NCBI GenBank assembly: GCA_965205265.1
Contig: CBDBGH010000003.1
Coordinates: 4,992,001 to 5,056,000 of the forward strand
Reading direction: 5' to 3'
DNA from: Alphaproteobacteria bacterium
GTDB taxonomy: Bacteria > Pseudomonadota > Alphaproteobacteria > Bin95
Length of the DNA stretch: 64,000 nucleotides
The translations under genes and the position numbers were made by a program. Below are positions 51,216-61,180 of this stretch, in pieces. The notes beneath the pieces were generated by a model. It worked only from the letters and a program-made list of their open reading frames with translations. It did no database searches and was not told where the DNA came from. The first letter of the stretch is position 1. Every line of letters begins with the position of its first letter.

Positions 51216-52286
51216 ATGGACAGCTACATCGAGAATGGCGAGCGGTGGTCGGTCCTGCGTTTCGACGCCGACGGGGTCGAGGAACTGATGGCCCATGCAC
51301 GGTCGTGCGACCGCCACAGCATGGGTTTCAGCGAACGCGAGCGCGTCTATGGCAAGGGGGTCTGGGACCCCCAGCCCGACGAGGAGGAGAGGGCGCCGAC
51401 GACACTGGTTCTGGTCAAGAACGAAGGCATCTACCTGGTGTCGAGCGGGGTGCCGTATATGCCTGATCCGGACGATCCGAAATGTGCGAAGGTCGTCTAT
51501 GCCCAGGGATACGACCCGACCAAGGCGGACCGGATGCAGGTCTGGGATGCCGCCCGGGCGGCGGTGGGCGGTGCCGACTTCTCGGAGTATTTCGATCTGG
51601 ACACCTTCGAGGCGCCGCTGGCCGCCGCCCGGACGAAGGCGGGCCGCGGCATGGTCGAGATGCATGTCTCGGAAACCGGCATCAAGATGATGACGCTTGC
51701 GCCGGCCGGCGCGGCCCCGCCCCGGCCGGCCGCAGCCGAAAGCGCTCCGGTTCAGGCGCAGGCGAAACCGGAGGAAACGGTCGCGGAGCTGTATCGGACC
51801 TCCCGCGAGAAGTTTGCGGCCTGGGCCGCCTGGCTCCTGTTGGCTTCGCCGAGCCCGCTGGTGCAGTGGCAGGGTGACGATTTCGTCCGGGACGCCGGGG
51901 TGCTGGCCCTGAAGGCTTCACAGGGAGAGCGGGTCACGCAGAAGGCGGTGACGGATCTGCTCCGCACATACCGGCGGCTCGGGAAAGAGCAGGACAGCGC
52001 CATGGACCCGCTCTCCAGCGCGCGGCGGGCCGCAATGTGGTTCCTGAGGACACTGGACCCCAAGAAGGACGACATGGAGTGCCCACACAACATGGTTGCC
52101 GCGACGTCGCGGGCCGCATTGATCGGCAACGCGAACGCTGCCGCGATGCCATCGGTGGACCAGCGCCGCGAATATCATGACTGGCTGTACAAGACCATGA
52201 ACGATGCGGCGAACTCGATCAGGGAGACAGCAGGCAAGCGGGCGCGGCAGGACGATGCCCCGTCTCCCGACGGGCCGGGCCTCTGA
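51216..52286 (+). CDS. DUF3085-like domain protein with C-terminal extension
   Basis: LVLVKNEGIYL...YAQGYDP...GGADFSE. Confidence 0.75.
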   Translation: MDSYIENGERWSVLRFDADGVEELMAHARSCDRHSMGFSERERVYGKGVWDPQPDEEERAPTTLVLVKNEGIYLVSSGVPYMPDPDDPKCAKVVYAQGYDPTKADRMQVWDAARAAVGGADFSEYFDLDTFEAPLAAARTKAGRGMVEMHVSETGIKMMTLAPAGAAPPRPAAAESAPVQAQAKPEETVAELYRTSREKFAAWAAWLLLASPSPLVQWQGDDFVRDAGVLALKASQGERVTQKAVTDLLRTYRRLGKEQDSAMDPLSSARRAAMWFLRTLDPKKDDMECPHNMVAATSRAALIGNANAAAMPSVDQRREYHDWLYKTMNDAANSIRETAGKRARQDDAPSPDGPGL

Positions 52287-52308
52287 AGCCTCCCCGGGCG
52301 TCCGGCTT

Positions 52309-52626
52309 TCAGGGGGATGGACTGGGGTCGTCGGGTTCCTCCTCCCGGGAGGAGAGGTCGTCAATACGTTCGAGATCGACTTCCTCGCTTGCCATCCAGG
52401 TGTCGTACTGGAGCTGCAGGCGGCCCCAGTAGTCGGATGACATGCCGAGCGCCTTGCCCAGGCGAACGGAGGTCTCCGGGGATATCGCCCGCCGCCCGCG
52501 TATGATCTCGTTTATGCGGCCGGGAGGCACATCCATCGTCTTCGCCAGACGGTATTGCGTGATACCGAGTTCCTCAAGGATTTCCGCGAGATGCTGTCCG
52601 GGGTGAATTTGGTAAGGGGGTGTCAT
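52309..52626 (-). CDS. higA: HigA-family antitoxin (orphan)
   Basis: IHPGQHL...GITQYRLAK...RINEIIRGRRAIS...YW..LQ..YD. Confidence 0.9.
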   Translation of the reverse strand: MTPPYQIHPGQHLAEILEELGITQYRLAKTMDVPPGRINEIIRGRRAISPETSVRLGKALGMSSDYWGRLQLQYDTWMASEEVDLERIDDLSSREEEPDDPSPSP

Positions 52627-52838
52627 TTTTCGGGTCCCGGATAGGTTGAAATGGCCCCATGAAAGAGGCATTCGTGATGAACCTTGCCGTGCTGCGGCCA
52701 TAACGACAAGTATTACGCTTGACATTCATATATATCGAACGTGCATAGAGGCGGCGCGGATGGCGACCACCATCCTTCCGGTTACGGCGTTTGCCGCGGG
52801 ACCCGCCGGCCTGCCTTCACGATGCGCATCGGGGCGAC

Positions 52839-53777
52839 TCAGACCCCGGGGCCGGGCTCGTCCCCTGCGTCGTCGAGCGTGAGGTCCCTGTGGGAGGCAA
52901 GCGCGACCGGAACCGGGCCGGCATCGGTGTCGATCCGGAACTCGGCGGCCAGCTCCCAGGCCCGGGGATCTTCGGGAAAACAGCAGGGATCGGCGCCGGC
53001 GCCGAAGGGCGGGCCGCCCTCGAGAAAGAGCAGGCGTCCGTCGGCCAGACGCATGAAATCCGCCGTAAAGCTCCTGCTGTCGCGGGGCCAGTGCCGATCC
53101 GCCCCGGGCGGATAGACGATGTCCCCTTCCGGCAACTGTTCGGAAAGCCGGCAGGAAAGGTTCACGGCCTCCGTGAGGTCCGTGCGGACCCGGGCCCCGT
53201 CGGGCAGGTCGCGCTGCGGATAGTAGCTGGAGACCCCGCGAGGCCGCCCGTCGAGCATGAAGACGCGATACTCGACCGGATAGCCGTCGACGAGGTCGGC
53301 CTGGACCCAGGGGCGGCGCCAGACGGTCACGCCTTCTCCCGGATATTCGAACAGCAGCTCGAAGGCCCGCGGGTCGTCGACCGTGAACCCGTCGAGAAAG
53401 CGCTCGGACCATTCCGGACGTCCCCGCGAAAGGTGGAGCTTCACGTCCATCGGGGCGCACATGTCCCAGCGCAGCATGGTTCGGGGCTGCTTGGCATTCT
53501 CGATGGCGGAGAAAAAGCGCCTGATCTCCTCGACCTGCCCGTCGTCCGGTTCCTCCCAGTTCAGGAGGGATTCGATGTCTCCCGTGACCACAGGCTCCGC
53601 GGGAACATGGTCGATGCCGGCACGCTCGCAGGCCTCGATCCAGGCGCCGAGCGACACGAGCCGGAAGCCGTGGGCGTCCTTCCAGGCGTTGCGCGGCGGA
53701 TTGCGCCGCGCCTCCTCAAGCCGGGCCTCTATGGCCTCCATCGGAAGGCGCTTCGGCTTTCGCTCACTGTCGCTCAT
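52839..53777 (-). CDS. ATP-grasp fold protein (Cdc123/R2K-like)
   Basis: RRPW, EYRVF..G....SSYY, FTADF, FLEG.P, DPCCF. Confidence 0.65.
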   Translation of the reverse strand: MSDSERKPKRLPMEAIEARLEEARRNPPRNAWKDAHGFRLVSLGAWIEACERAGIDHVPAEPVVTGDIESLLNWEEPDDGQVEEIRRFFSAIENAKQPRTMLRWDMCAPMDVKLHLSRGRPEWSERFLDGFTVDDPRAFELLFEYPGEGVTVWRRPWVQADLVDGYPVEYRVFMLDGRPRGVSSYYPQRDLPDGARVRTDLTEAVNLSCRLSEQLPEGDIVYPPGADRHWPRDSRSFTADFMRLADGRLLFLEGGPPFGAGADPCCFPEDPRAWELAAEFRIDTDAGPVPVALASHRDLTLDDAGDEPGPGV

Positions 53778-53924
53778 TCAGGCCCACCCCACAAACAGTG
53801 ACACGATGACCACCAGAGCCGATAGTTCCCCGATGGCCGGCTAGGTTATCCGCCTGTCGATTCCAGGAGTCTGGGCAGGAGGCGTGAAAACGCCAAATTG
53901 CGGTCCAGGGGGGAGGAAAGACGA

Positions 53925-53954
53925 CAGCCGCCGGACGATACCGTCCGGCGGCTG
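53925..53954 (-). terminator. Hairpin downstream of the cas operon
   Basis: 13-bp perfect stem CAGCCGCCGGACG / CGTCCGGCGGCTG followed by TCGTCTTT on the minus strand. Confidence 0.65.
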
Positions 53955-53980
53955 CCGGGAACCGGACTCAGGCTGAAAGT

Positions 53981-56173
53981 TCAGCCGTTGCCCCGCGCCT
54001 CGAAGAGTCCGCCTCCGTGGTGGGACGTGCGGCCGAGCATGACAGGCCCGGCCTGGGCGGCCCGGAAGGTGAGCCGGACCCACGCGTCGATGCCGCCCCG
54101 CTCTCCCGTGACGATGGAGGTTCCGAGAATGTCGATCTTCTCGGCCGCGGGCAGCCGGGCCCGATGCATCTCGGTCCTGATGTCCTTCTCGACAAGGGCC
54201 GGAACCGGCCGGTTCCTTTCGATGAACCGGGTGACCCGATAGGGGGTAATCGTCTCCCATACGCGGCTCGGGACAAACAGCGGGTCGCTGTCGGCCCGGA
54301 CGGGGACCGGCTCGGTGCCCAGGACCCCTTCGGCGCCGGCGACGATCTCCCTCATGCCGGACACGGCCTGTTCCACGAGCCTGTGGCCCTCACCGATCTC
54401 GTCGGGGAAGTTGCCATCGGCATTGCGGTGACCGGGCGCCAGCCACAGGATGCGGCGGCGCGCGAGATCCGTGCAGATGAACACATGCCGGTGCCTGCCG
54501 TCGCGCGAGCGGATCGGGCCGCTCGAGTTGACCGGATGACCCGACACATAGGGTGGAAGCCGACGCCGGCGGCCGATCAGGTCCTGCGCGCGGGCCATCA
54601 TGGCCCGCCGCGCGGCCTGCGTGACGGCCATCGGGTCCGCATCCCGCCCGATATCGGAAACGATCTGCAGTGCCGTGATGCCGGAGGTCTGCTCCTCGGG
54701 GCGCATCAGCCCCAGCCCGAGAAACCGGCCGTCGCCGACAAGGACGGGACCGGAAACGGGTTTCGAGAACTCGATTTCGGCATGCCAGAGCCGGGACTGC
54801 GAGAACCGGGTTCCCGGTGAGAAGGAGCGCGAATGAAGCCCCTCGTTGTCGGGGGAGGTGCGCCGCACGGCAACGGACAGGGCCGGGATGGTGATGCCGG
54901 CATAGCGGAGCGCCTTCCGCACGGCCTGCACCGCATGCTGTTCGCCGCGCCTCACATCGGTGCCCGAGACGGCGCCGCGCTTCTCGCGCGGCCGCTCCGG
55001 CACCGCGATCGGGGTGACGGTGCGCCAATAGCGCGACCTGCCCTCGTACCGCTCGACCATGCGGCGGCTGCCGCCCGGGTGGAGTTCCGCCCGGACCGAG
55101 CCGTCTTCACGGGTCCACGCAATCTGGGAGAAAGCCCAGGAGACCTCGTCGCCGGGAATCGGGCAGGAGCGCGGCACATAGACGGCCACACGCCGGATCA
55201 TCATGTCGGAGTCCAGGTGGCCTATCGAGGGGAGGGGAACGATGCGCACCCTGGACAGGGCGTCGTCGCGCTGGACGCCGCGGCCGATCAGGAAACGCTC
55301 GACCGTGTCGGCGAGGTCGGGAGAGTTCTCCCGGATCAGCCCGGCGGCCCGGTCGCGGATATCCTCGACGAATGCCACCGCACGGTCGAGCGTGGTTGCC
55401 GAGTAACCGCGTCCCTCGCCGTCCAGGACGTCGAACAACAGGCGCTCGTCGGGCGTATTGTAGCGCACGGGTGCAAGCGCGGGCTTGGCGGGCTGCTCGA
55501 AGACAGCGACGTCGTTCCGGCCCAGGCGCTCGCGCGAAAAACGCGACAGGTTCTGCCTGTGACGCCTGCGCAGACTTTCGAGGGAGCCGGGTTTGGGGCA
55601 CAGCAGCGATGGCCCGGCGCGGCCCCGGTCGGAAGGGGTATAGACGACGATCCCGGGCTGCTGGAACAGGAGGTCGCGTTCCTCGGTGTCAATGATCTTC
55701 CCGGAACCCCAGGCCTGATCGAAACCCCGTCCGAGCTGGTAGATCGCCCTGGCCGCGTCGCAGACCTCCCGGGCGTAGCCGGTCCGGTCCCCGTTATTCC
55801 CGATATCCCAGCAATAGTGGATGGGGATGGCCTCATCGAAGATCCGGTATTGCTGCGGTTTCGGCACCTTGATCGAGGCAAGCGCCTCGTTGAGGTCCAC
55901 CGACGGCCCTCCCGGGATGGCGGAGTCCATGTCGTTGTTCGGGACATAGGGCGTGACGCCTTCATGCCGGGTCGCCGGCGGGGCGCCGATGACAGGCGGT
56001 GCGAGGCCCTCGAGCCAGCCGAGAGCCTCGAGCAGGCCGGGGCGGACGGTGCCGCCCTCGGCCGACCCGGCAATCAGCGCCTGGAACACACGGCCGGGCG
56101 CCGGAGGCCAGTCGCCCGTGCCATGGTAGCGTCCTTCGCCGAACCGGACGCTCAGGAGGAGGGACCGGCTCAT
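53981..56173 (-). CDS. csb2: Type I-G CRISPR Csb2 (Cas5/Cas6 fusion)
   Basis: GRYHG..DWPPAPGRVFQAL, YVPNND, GPVLVGDGRFLGLGL, GPVMLG..SHHGGGLF. Confidence 0.92.
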   Translation of the reverse strand: MSRSLLLSVRFGEGRYHGTGDWPPAPGRVFQALIAGSAEGGTVRPGLLEALGWLEGLAPPVIGAPPATRHEGVTPYVPNNDMDSAIPGGPSVDLNEALASIKVPKPQQYRIFDEAIPIHYCWDIGNNGDRTGYAREVCDAARAIYQLGRGFDQAWGSGKIIDTEERDLLFQQPGIVVYTPSDRGRAGPSLLCPKPGSLESLRRRHRQNLSRFSRERLGRNDVAVFEQPAKPALAPVRYNTPDERLLFDVLDGEGRGYSATTLDRAVAFVEDIRDRAAGLIRENSPDLADTVERFLIGRGVQRDDALSRVRIVPLPSIGHLDSDMMIRRVAVYVPRSCPIPGDEVSWAFSQIAWTREDGSVRAELHPGGSRRMVERYEGRSRYWRTVTPIAVPERPREKRGAVSGTDVRRGEQHAVQAVRKALRYAGITIPALSVAVRRTSPDNEGLHSRSFSPGTRFSQSRLWHAEIEFSKPVSGPVLVGDGRFLGLGLMRPEEQTSGITALQIVSDIGRDADPMAVTQAARRAMMARAQDLIGRRRRLPPYVSGHPVNSSGPIRSRDGRHRHVFICTDLARRRILWLAPGHRNADGNFPDEIGEGHRLVEQAVSGMREIVAGAEGVLGTEPVPVRADSDPLFVPSRVWETITPYRVTRFIERNRPVPALVEKDIRTEMHRARLPAAEKIDILGTSIVTGERGGIDAWVRLTFRAAQAGPVMLGRTSHHGGGLFEARGNG

Positions 56174-56177
56174 CGGG

Positions 56178-57257
56178 TCAGGCCGCCTCGTCGGCGGGGA
56201 GGCCGATATCGCGGCGGGCCCTCGCGCGCTCGTAGGCAACCGACCGGCTCGGCCCGACGCCCCATTCGGCCGCCGCGGCGCGGGCGACTTCGACCGCATT
56301 CCCGGCATTGAGGTCGAGCGCCTCGCGCTGGCCGTTATGCATCACGACTTCCCATGACGCCGTCCTGTCCGGATCCAGCGTCAGCAGGCAGCCCTGCCGG
56401 AGGAACAGGTTCGATGGCGTGGTGGCCGCGACAACAGCGAGGCCGAGCAGGTAGCGGCGCATGGCTTCGCCCTTCTCGCCGCGCAGGCGGCGAAGGGCCA
56501 CCAGGTTGATCGTGGTGGAGCGGATGATCTCGCCATGCACGATGACGCCGCCAAGCTCCTCGCCGACGCTCGGCACCGTGGAATAGCCGCGCCCGGAGAG
56601 GTCGTTCTTGTGCCTGACGGCCTCCTCGTCCGTCACGATGCCTTCCTCGCGAGCGGAGATGGTCGGATTGTACACGGAGCTGCGCTCGATTTCGTGGGCA
56701 TCGGTTGCCCGGATCACCGACTGGATGATCCGCGGAATCTTGACGCCGCTCGCGCGGGAATCCCAGCAACCGAACAGGGCCGATGTCGGGGCCATCTTGA
56801 CGAGTGCCGTATAGTCGTCGGCATCCTTGATCGTCAGGAAGATGGTCTGGATTTCCCGGTCGAGTTCCGTGCCGCGAAGGGTGGCGTCGGCGAGCCGGTG
56901 CGCGAAGGTCAGGATCGAGGCCACGCGGTCATTGCCATGCGTGACATCGATCTGCGGCACGAGATCCGCCAGAGGGTTCTCCTCGCCGTGCCGGCGCATG
57001 AAGACGGGTTCCATCTGGTTGGCCTGGCTCGCCACGCTGTCGATCGTCACGATCGTGCTGCCGTCGCCGAGCGTGTCGATGTTGTACCTCGACCTTTTCC
57101 CCGTCGGGTCCTTTTCGGACCGTGGATAGGACGGGGGGAAAATCACGGAGTGGTGGCCTTCGACCGGCATCAGCGCCTGCTGCAGCGTCAGCGCAACCGG
57201 GCCGTCGCGGTCGTTCGCGCAGAGCGTCGCGAACGCGGTATCGAATTCCGTTGTCAT
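56178..57257 (-). CDS. csb1: Type I-G CRISPR Csb1 (Cas7)
   Basis: IFPPSY, IDSVASQANQME, HRLADA, PTSALFGCWDS, LRQGCLL. Confidence 0.92.
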   Translation of the reverse strand: MTTEFDTAFATLCANDRDGPVALTLQQALMPVEGHHSVIFPPSYPRSEKDPTGKRSRYNIDTLGDGSTIVTIDSVASQANQMEPVFMRRHGEENPLADLVPQIDVTHGNDRVASILTFAHRLADATLRGTELDREIQTIFLTIKDADDYTALVKMAPTSALFGCWDSRASGVKIPRIIQSVIRATDAHEIERSSVYNPTISAREEGIVTDEEAVRHKNDLSGRGYSTVPSVGEELGGVIVHGEIIRSTTINLVALRRLRGEKGEAMRRYLLGLAVVAATTPSNLFLRQGCLLTLDPDRTASWEVVMHNGQREALDLNAGNAVEVARAAAAEWGVGPSRSVAYERARARRDIGLPADEAA

Positions 57258-58141
57258 TGAGTCCTCTCTTCGGTTACCTGGTTGATGGACCTCGCCCGGT
57301 TCGGGCCCTGAGGTTCGCCGCATACGACGCGGAACAGGCGGAATGCCTGTCCCGGGACGACCGGTTTGCGCATGCCCAGGGCGGCGCGCAGGAATATCGG
57401 GTCGTGCAGCTGCCCGTTCTCGATTCCAGCGACGCCGTAACTGAACAGCAGCCGCGTGATATGGGCGGGCCGGGCATGCGTCAGGCCGATGGCTGCCAGC
57501 ACCTCCACGAGGGGGTAGCCTCGCGTGGTCATGGCCTTGCCATGGGCATTCAACGAGAAACCGATCTCGACCGGGATATAGTCCGACCGCCAGTCGAAAC
57601 GCATCCGGCGGCCGCCCACCCGAATGGACGACATCGAGAAAGGGTCTTCCGCATGGTCGAGAATGCCCTCGTCCCGGGCCGCCTCGAGACAGTGCTGGAC
57701 GATGAGGGCGCCGGGCGCCCCGCCCATCCCCGTCCAGAACTTCGCTGTCTCGCGTCGGGCCTCGTCGCCCCAATGGTCGATGACGATCCGCTGGGCGCCG
57801 TCGTCGAGCAGCGCAGGCAGCTTTGCCGGCGTATCGAGATGGGGCATCGGGAAGGCAATGCCCGGCGTAACCGAGGTCTCGACCTTCTCCGCCCAGCTGC
57901 CCAGCACGCAGGGAGAGCCGGGCGGCAGGAGCATCGAGACCCTTGCGTTGTCGAGAAACTCCAGCACCCTGCGGACCGGGTCCACCTCTCCGGGCGTCTC
58001 GATTTCGAACCGGCCTTCGGCTTCGCACCAGGAGAAGCCGCCCATGGCTTCGCCCGCAAGACTGTTGGCGGCCTCGAGAAATCCCAGGCAGGCAAAGACC
58101 TGGCCGGGATTCAGCAGGTCGACCGGAATCGACTGTCTCAT
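57254..58141 (-). CDS. cas8: Type I-G short Cas8 (GSU0052/Csb3-type)
   Basis: VDLLNPGQVFACLGFLE, FDWR, IGFS, PLVEVLAAIGL..ARP. Sits between cas3 and csb1. Confidence 0.85.
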   Translation of the reverse strand: MRQSIPVDLLNPGQVFACLGFLEAANSLAGEAMGGFSWCEAEGRFEIETPGEVDPVRRVLEFLDNARVSMLLPPGSPCVLGSWAEKVETSVTPGIAFPMPHLDTPAKLPALLDDGAQRIVIDHWGDEARRETAKFWTGMGGAPGALIVQHCLEAARDEGILDHAEDPFSMSSIRVGGRRMRFDWRSDYIPVEIGFSLNAHGKAMTTRGYPLVEVLAAIGLTHARPAHITRLLFSYGVAGIENGQLHDPIFLRAALGMRKPVVPGQAFRLFRVVCGEPQGPNRARSINQVTEERTQ

Positions 58142-60894
58142 CGGTAGGCCTCCTCGATGGCCGCCTGGAACTGCGCGCGCGAGGCGCGGTAGTTCGCCGA
58201 GCGCAACAGGGATTCCCACCACGCCAGTCCCCATGGTCCCCAGATGCGTTGTTGCCGCGCATAACGCTGTGCGATCGCCAGGCCTTCGGTGGCGGCGTGC
58301 CGGGGCGGGAGGTCATCGGCGCCCTTGATGCCTATGACCGGACGGGCCTGGCCGTGATGCGACGCGATCAGGTGCAGCGCCAGCTCGAAGCGCGGGTCGT
58401 CCCGGGCAAGATCGAGGCCGTTCCTCGCCGCCAGAACTGTCGAGACGAACTCGTGGCGGTAGCGCGACAGCATGCTTCGTTTCAGGCGTTTGGCGGACTT
58501 GGCGTAGGGGTTTGCCGCCCAGTCCGAAGGCACGCCATAGGCGCGCTGCCACCGCCGCACGGCCTTGCCGTCGTCGTGGTGACGCGCCGCGGTGACCAGC
58601 ATGGCCCTGTCGGCCGCCTGTAAATCCAGGGCATCGGCGATATGGGCGGCTTGACCGCATACCTCGCGCACATGATCCTGGAGCGTTTCCGCCTTCAGCG
58701 AGGTGGCCCGGTGCCGTTCGCCGGACTCCGCTCCGTCGCGCGCCTGCACGGACAACCAGCGCAGGGGCATCTCGTCTTCGTCCAGACGCCACACGAACGC
58801 ATCGATTTCCTGCCATACGACGCCGTCCTCGACGATGGCGCCGCGGTCGGCTCCTGTGGAGACGCGGATCCGGTAGGGCGAGGCCGGAAGGTCTCCGGAG
58901 GCCTCGTTCCCTAGGCCCCAATTGTCTTCGGGGGTCGAAACGGCGGTGTCCGCCTTGATATCCAGGTGGCCGGCGGCGAGCCCGCCAAGACGGGCATCGA
59001 CGACGAGACGCCGTCCCCATAGCCGCCGGCTGAAATTGTCCTGCGCGGCCCGTGAGGCCCGCGACAGGTTAATCAGGTCCCGGTGGACGAGCATTTCCCG
59101 AAAGCTGCCGCTCTGGCTGAGCACCACGGCGACCGGTGCGTCGGGGCGCTTGAGCGGATAAAGGTCGTCATGGACCGGTTCGGGTTCGGCGGTTGCGCCC
59201 GCGACTGCCGCCACCCTGGACAGCAGCCAGGCCAGCACGTCGGCGCTGTCGGCCCAAAGGGTTTCGGCCTGCAGTGATCGGGCGGCCTCGAAAAAGGTCT
59301 CGACATGGTAGCCGTAGGGTGGGGAAAAACGCCGTCCGCGGTCCGTGTCCTGCATGATGACCGGCAGATAGTGGCGCCAGAGCACGGATGTGCGCGGCGC
59401 GCGTTCCTGCCAGCCATGCAGCCAGGGCCCTATGCGAGGCCGGCCGGTATGGGAGAAAAGGGATGTCATGGACCAGGAATCGACTGTCGCCCGTTCCAGG
59501 TCCGGGTAGAGCGGCACGGACGGGGCGGCGGCCCGGACGGACCGGCGAAGGTCCTGACACCGGTAGATGGCCGACAGGGCTTCGGGTCCGGCCTTCACCA
59601 TATCCGCTCCGGCCGGCGGGAGGCCGGAGAGCAGGGAGCGCACGGCGGTGATCGCGGGGTCCACCCGTTTTTCGTCCGCGGTCCTGTCGATGACGGCAAT
59701 GCGCGCCGTGCGGTCGCCGCTGCGCCCGACCCGGCCGAACCGGCGCACCATGCGCGGCCAGTCGCCCACAAGGTCGCAGACCATGGCGTCGGCGTCGAGA
59801 TCGCTGGCGATTTCCCCGGCCAGGGTGGAAATCAGGAAGCGCGGAGCGTCCATGTCGCGGGGGCGGCCATCGCCTGTAAAGCCGCTCTCTGCAAGCCACT
59901 CCGAAAGTTCGCGGCGCTCGCGGGTGCGCTGGCCCTCGAGCAGGAGGGCGGAATGTCGGCCCGCCGGCTTTTTCCCGAGATACCGGTTGATGCCGGCCAG
60001 GATGCGCAGGGCATCCTCACGCGCATCGACGAAGATCAGGATGCGCCGTTCCCCGTCCTCCGCATACGCCCGCGCCCGGTCCACGACTTCGGAAGCGAAG
60101 GCGGCGCCCCGCGCCGGACAGCCATGGACCGACAACTCCTTGTCGGCTGCCAGGCGCTTGGCGATAACCGGATGGGACAGGTCCTCGGCTTCCAGGGTGA
60201 AGAGGCCGGTAGTGGCGCGGTTCACCTGGCCCGAGCTCGCCATGGCCATGACGCGCAGCCCCGGCAGGAGATGCCTGTTGGCCGAATCCGGGGCGCCGAA
60301 CTCATGGGCGCCACGCTCGATTCGGCGCAGCAGGCTCTCGAAAGACGGCATGAGGTCGCGGTCATCGAGCACGATCAGACAGTCACAGGCGAGATTGGCG
60401 GCGGCCAGGGACCGCACGGAGCGATGAAGCCCGTATCCGCTGAAGAGCAGGGCCGAGCCGATCATGTCGACGGAACCGACTATGACCGACGGCAGGTGGG
60501 GATGATAGAGCCAGTCCGAGGAATCGACCCAGGCGCCGCGGAGCGTCGCGATGGGCAGATGTCCGTCCTCGTCCAGACCGAGGCCCTTCCGCAGGGCTTC
60601 CGAGCCCTGGACGGCGGCATGGGCCGCCTCTGCAAGTGCTGTCGCCCGGTCGATGACCGCGGCGCTGTGCACGACATAGGCAAGGCGGCGCGGCACGGGA
60701 GCCCCGGCGGCTCGCGCGGCGAGCCAGACGGCCATCACGGAAGCGCGTCCGCTTCCCGCCGGAATATCCACGACGGGCGGAACGGCACCGCCCATGAAAC
60801 CGTCATGAAGACGTTCGTGCCAGGGAAGGGGCGGGTGCCCGGTTACAGCCTCGAACAGTGCGCTCAATGATGGATTTCCGGCTTTCTGCTGCAC
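58138..60894 (-). CDS. cas3: Type I-G Cas3 (C-terminal HD) with degenerate catalytic motifs
   Basis: I-G architecture (TGHPPLPW, PRRLAYVV, VDMIGS, HDDGK, YRHE, HHG). GTG start at 60894 with AGAGGA RBS. Confidence 0.9.
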   Translation of the reverse strand: MQQKAGNPSLSALFEAVTGHPPLPWHERLHDGFMGGAVPPVVDIPAGSGRASVMAVWLAARAAGAPVPRRLAYVVHSAAVIDRATALAEAAHAAVQGSEALRKGLGLDEDGHLPIATLRGAWVDSSDWLYHPHLPSVIVGSVDMIGSALLFSGYGLHRSVRSLAAANLACDCLIVLDDRDLMPSFESLLRRIERGAHEFGAPDSANRHLLPGLRVMAMASSGQVNRATTGLFTLEAEDLSHPVIAKRLAADKELSVHGCPARGAAFASEVVDRARAYAEDGERRILIFVDAREDALRILAGINRYLGKKPAGRHSALLLEGQRTRERRELSEWLAESGFTGDGRPRDMDAPRFLISTLAGEIASDLDADAMVCDLVGDWPRMVRRFGRVGRSGDRTARIAVIDRTADEKRVDPAITAVRSLLSGLPPAGADMVKAGPEALSAIYRCQDLRRSVRAAAPSVPLYPDLERATVDSWSMTSLFSHTGRPRIGPWLHGWQERAPRTSVLWRHYLPVIMQDTDRGRRFSPPYGYHVETFFEAARSLQAETLWADSADVLAWLLSRVAAVAGATAEPEPVHDDLYPLKRPDAPVAVVLSQSGSFREMLVHRDLINLSRASRAAQDNFSRRLWGRRLVVDARLGGLAAGHLDIKADTAVSTPEDNWGLGNEASGDLPASPYRIRVSTGADRGAIVEDGVVWQEIDAFVWRLDEDEMPLRWLSVQARDGAESGERHRATSLKAETLQDHVREVCGQAAHIADALDLQAADRAMLVTAARHHDDGKAVRRWQRAYGVPSDWAANPYAKSAKRLKRSMLSRYRHEFVSTVLAARNGLDLARDDPRFELALHLIASHHGQARPVIGIKGADDLPPRHAATEGLAIAQRYARQQRIWGPWGLAWWESLLRSANYRASRAQFQAAIEEAYR

Positions 60895-60967
60895 CTGTCG
60901 TCCTCTGTCTCGGTGTTGGACCAGAACGTCCCTTGCGACGCTAAAACGCTTGTCACCCTCATAAATC

Positions 60968-60996
60968 ATAATACGAATATAATTCGTCCCTGTCAA
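60968..60996 (-). promoter_or_regulatory. Sigma70 promoter of the cas operon
   Basis: TTGACA-17 nt-TATTAT, with internal palindrome ACGAAT-ata-ATTCGT at 60973-60987. Confidence 0.85.
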
Positions 60997-61065
60997 CCCG
61001 CCGGCCGTGTGGTGCGATTTGTTGTTTTTTGTCATGGTGTGCTAGGATGCATCCGCGCTGGAAAG

Positions 61066-61178
61066 CCTTCAGGTCATGACGGCGCCGGGCGATATTGAAG
61101 GGCATTGTGATTCATGAGCCGGTCTGCTGATCGGCGATGGTTTCACAACCGGAGCGGATGCTCCGGTCTCATTGATGT
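61066..61178 (+). CRISPR. One-spacer CRISPR-like mini-array (degenerate repeat, spacer, repeat)
   Basis: Repeat 2 (61143-61178) TCACAACCGGAGCGGATGCTCCGGTCTCATTGATGT has the I-G hairpin plus CTCATTGA. Repeat 1 keeps the handle ATTGAAGG (61094-61101). Spacer 61102-61142. Confidence 0.75.
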
Positions 61179-61180
61179 GT

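Noticed and set aside
53981-56173. Long Csb2 with two Gly-rich C-terminal loops
   Set aside because: Long Csb2 variants occur in I-G systems as far as I recall; not evidence of novelty by itself.
60895-61035. 47-aa N-terminal extension of Cas3 in the ORF track
   Set aside because: It spans the sigma70 promoter. The GTG at 60894 has an RBS and matches the usual Cas3 start.
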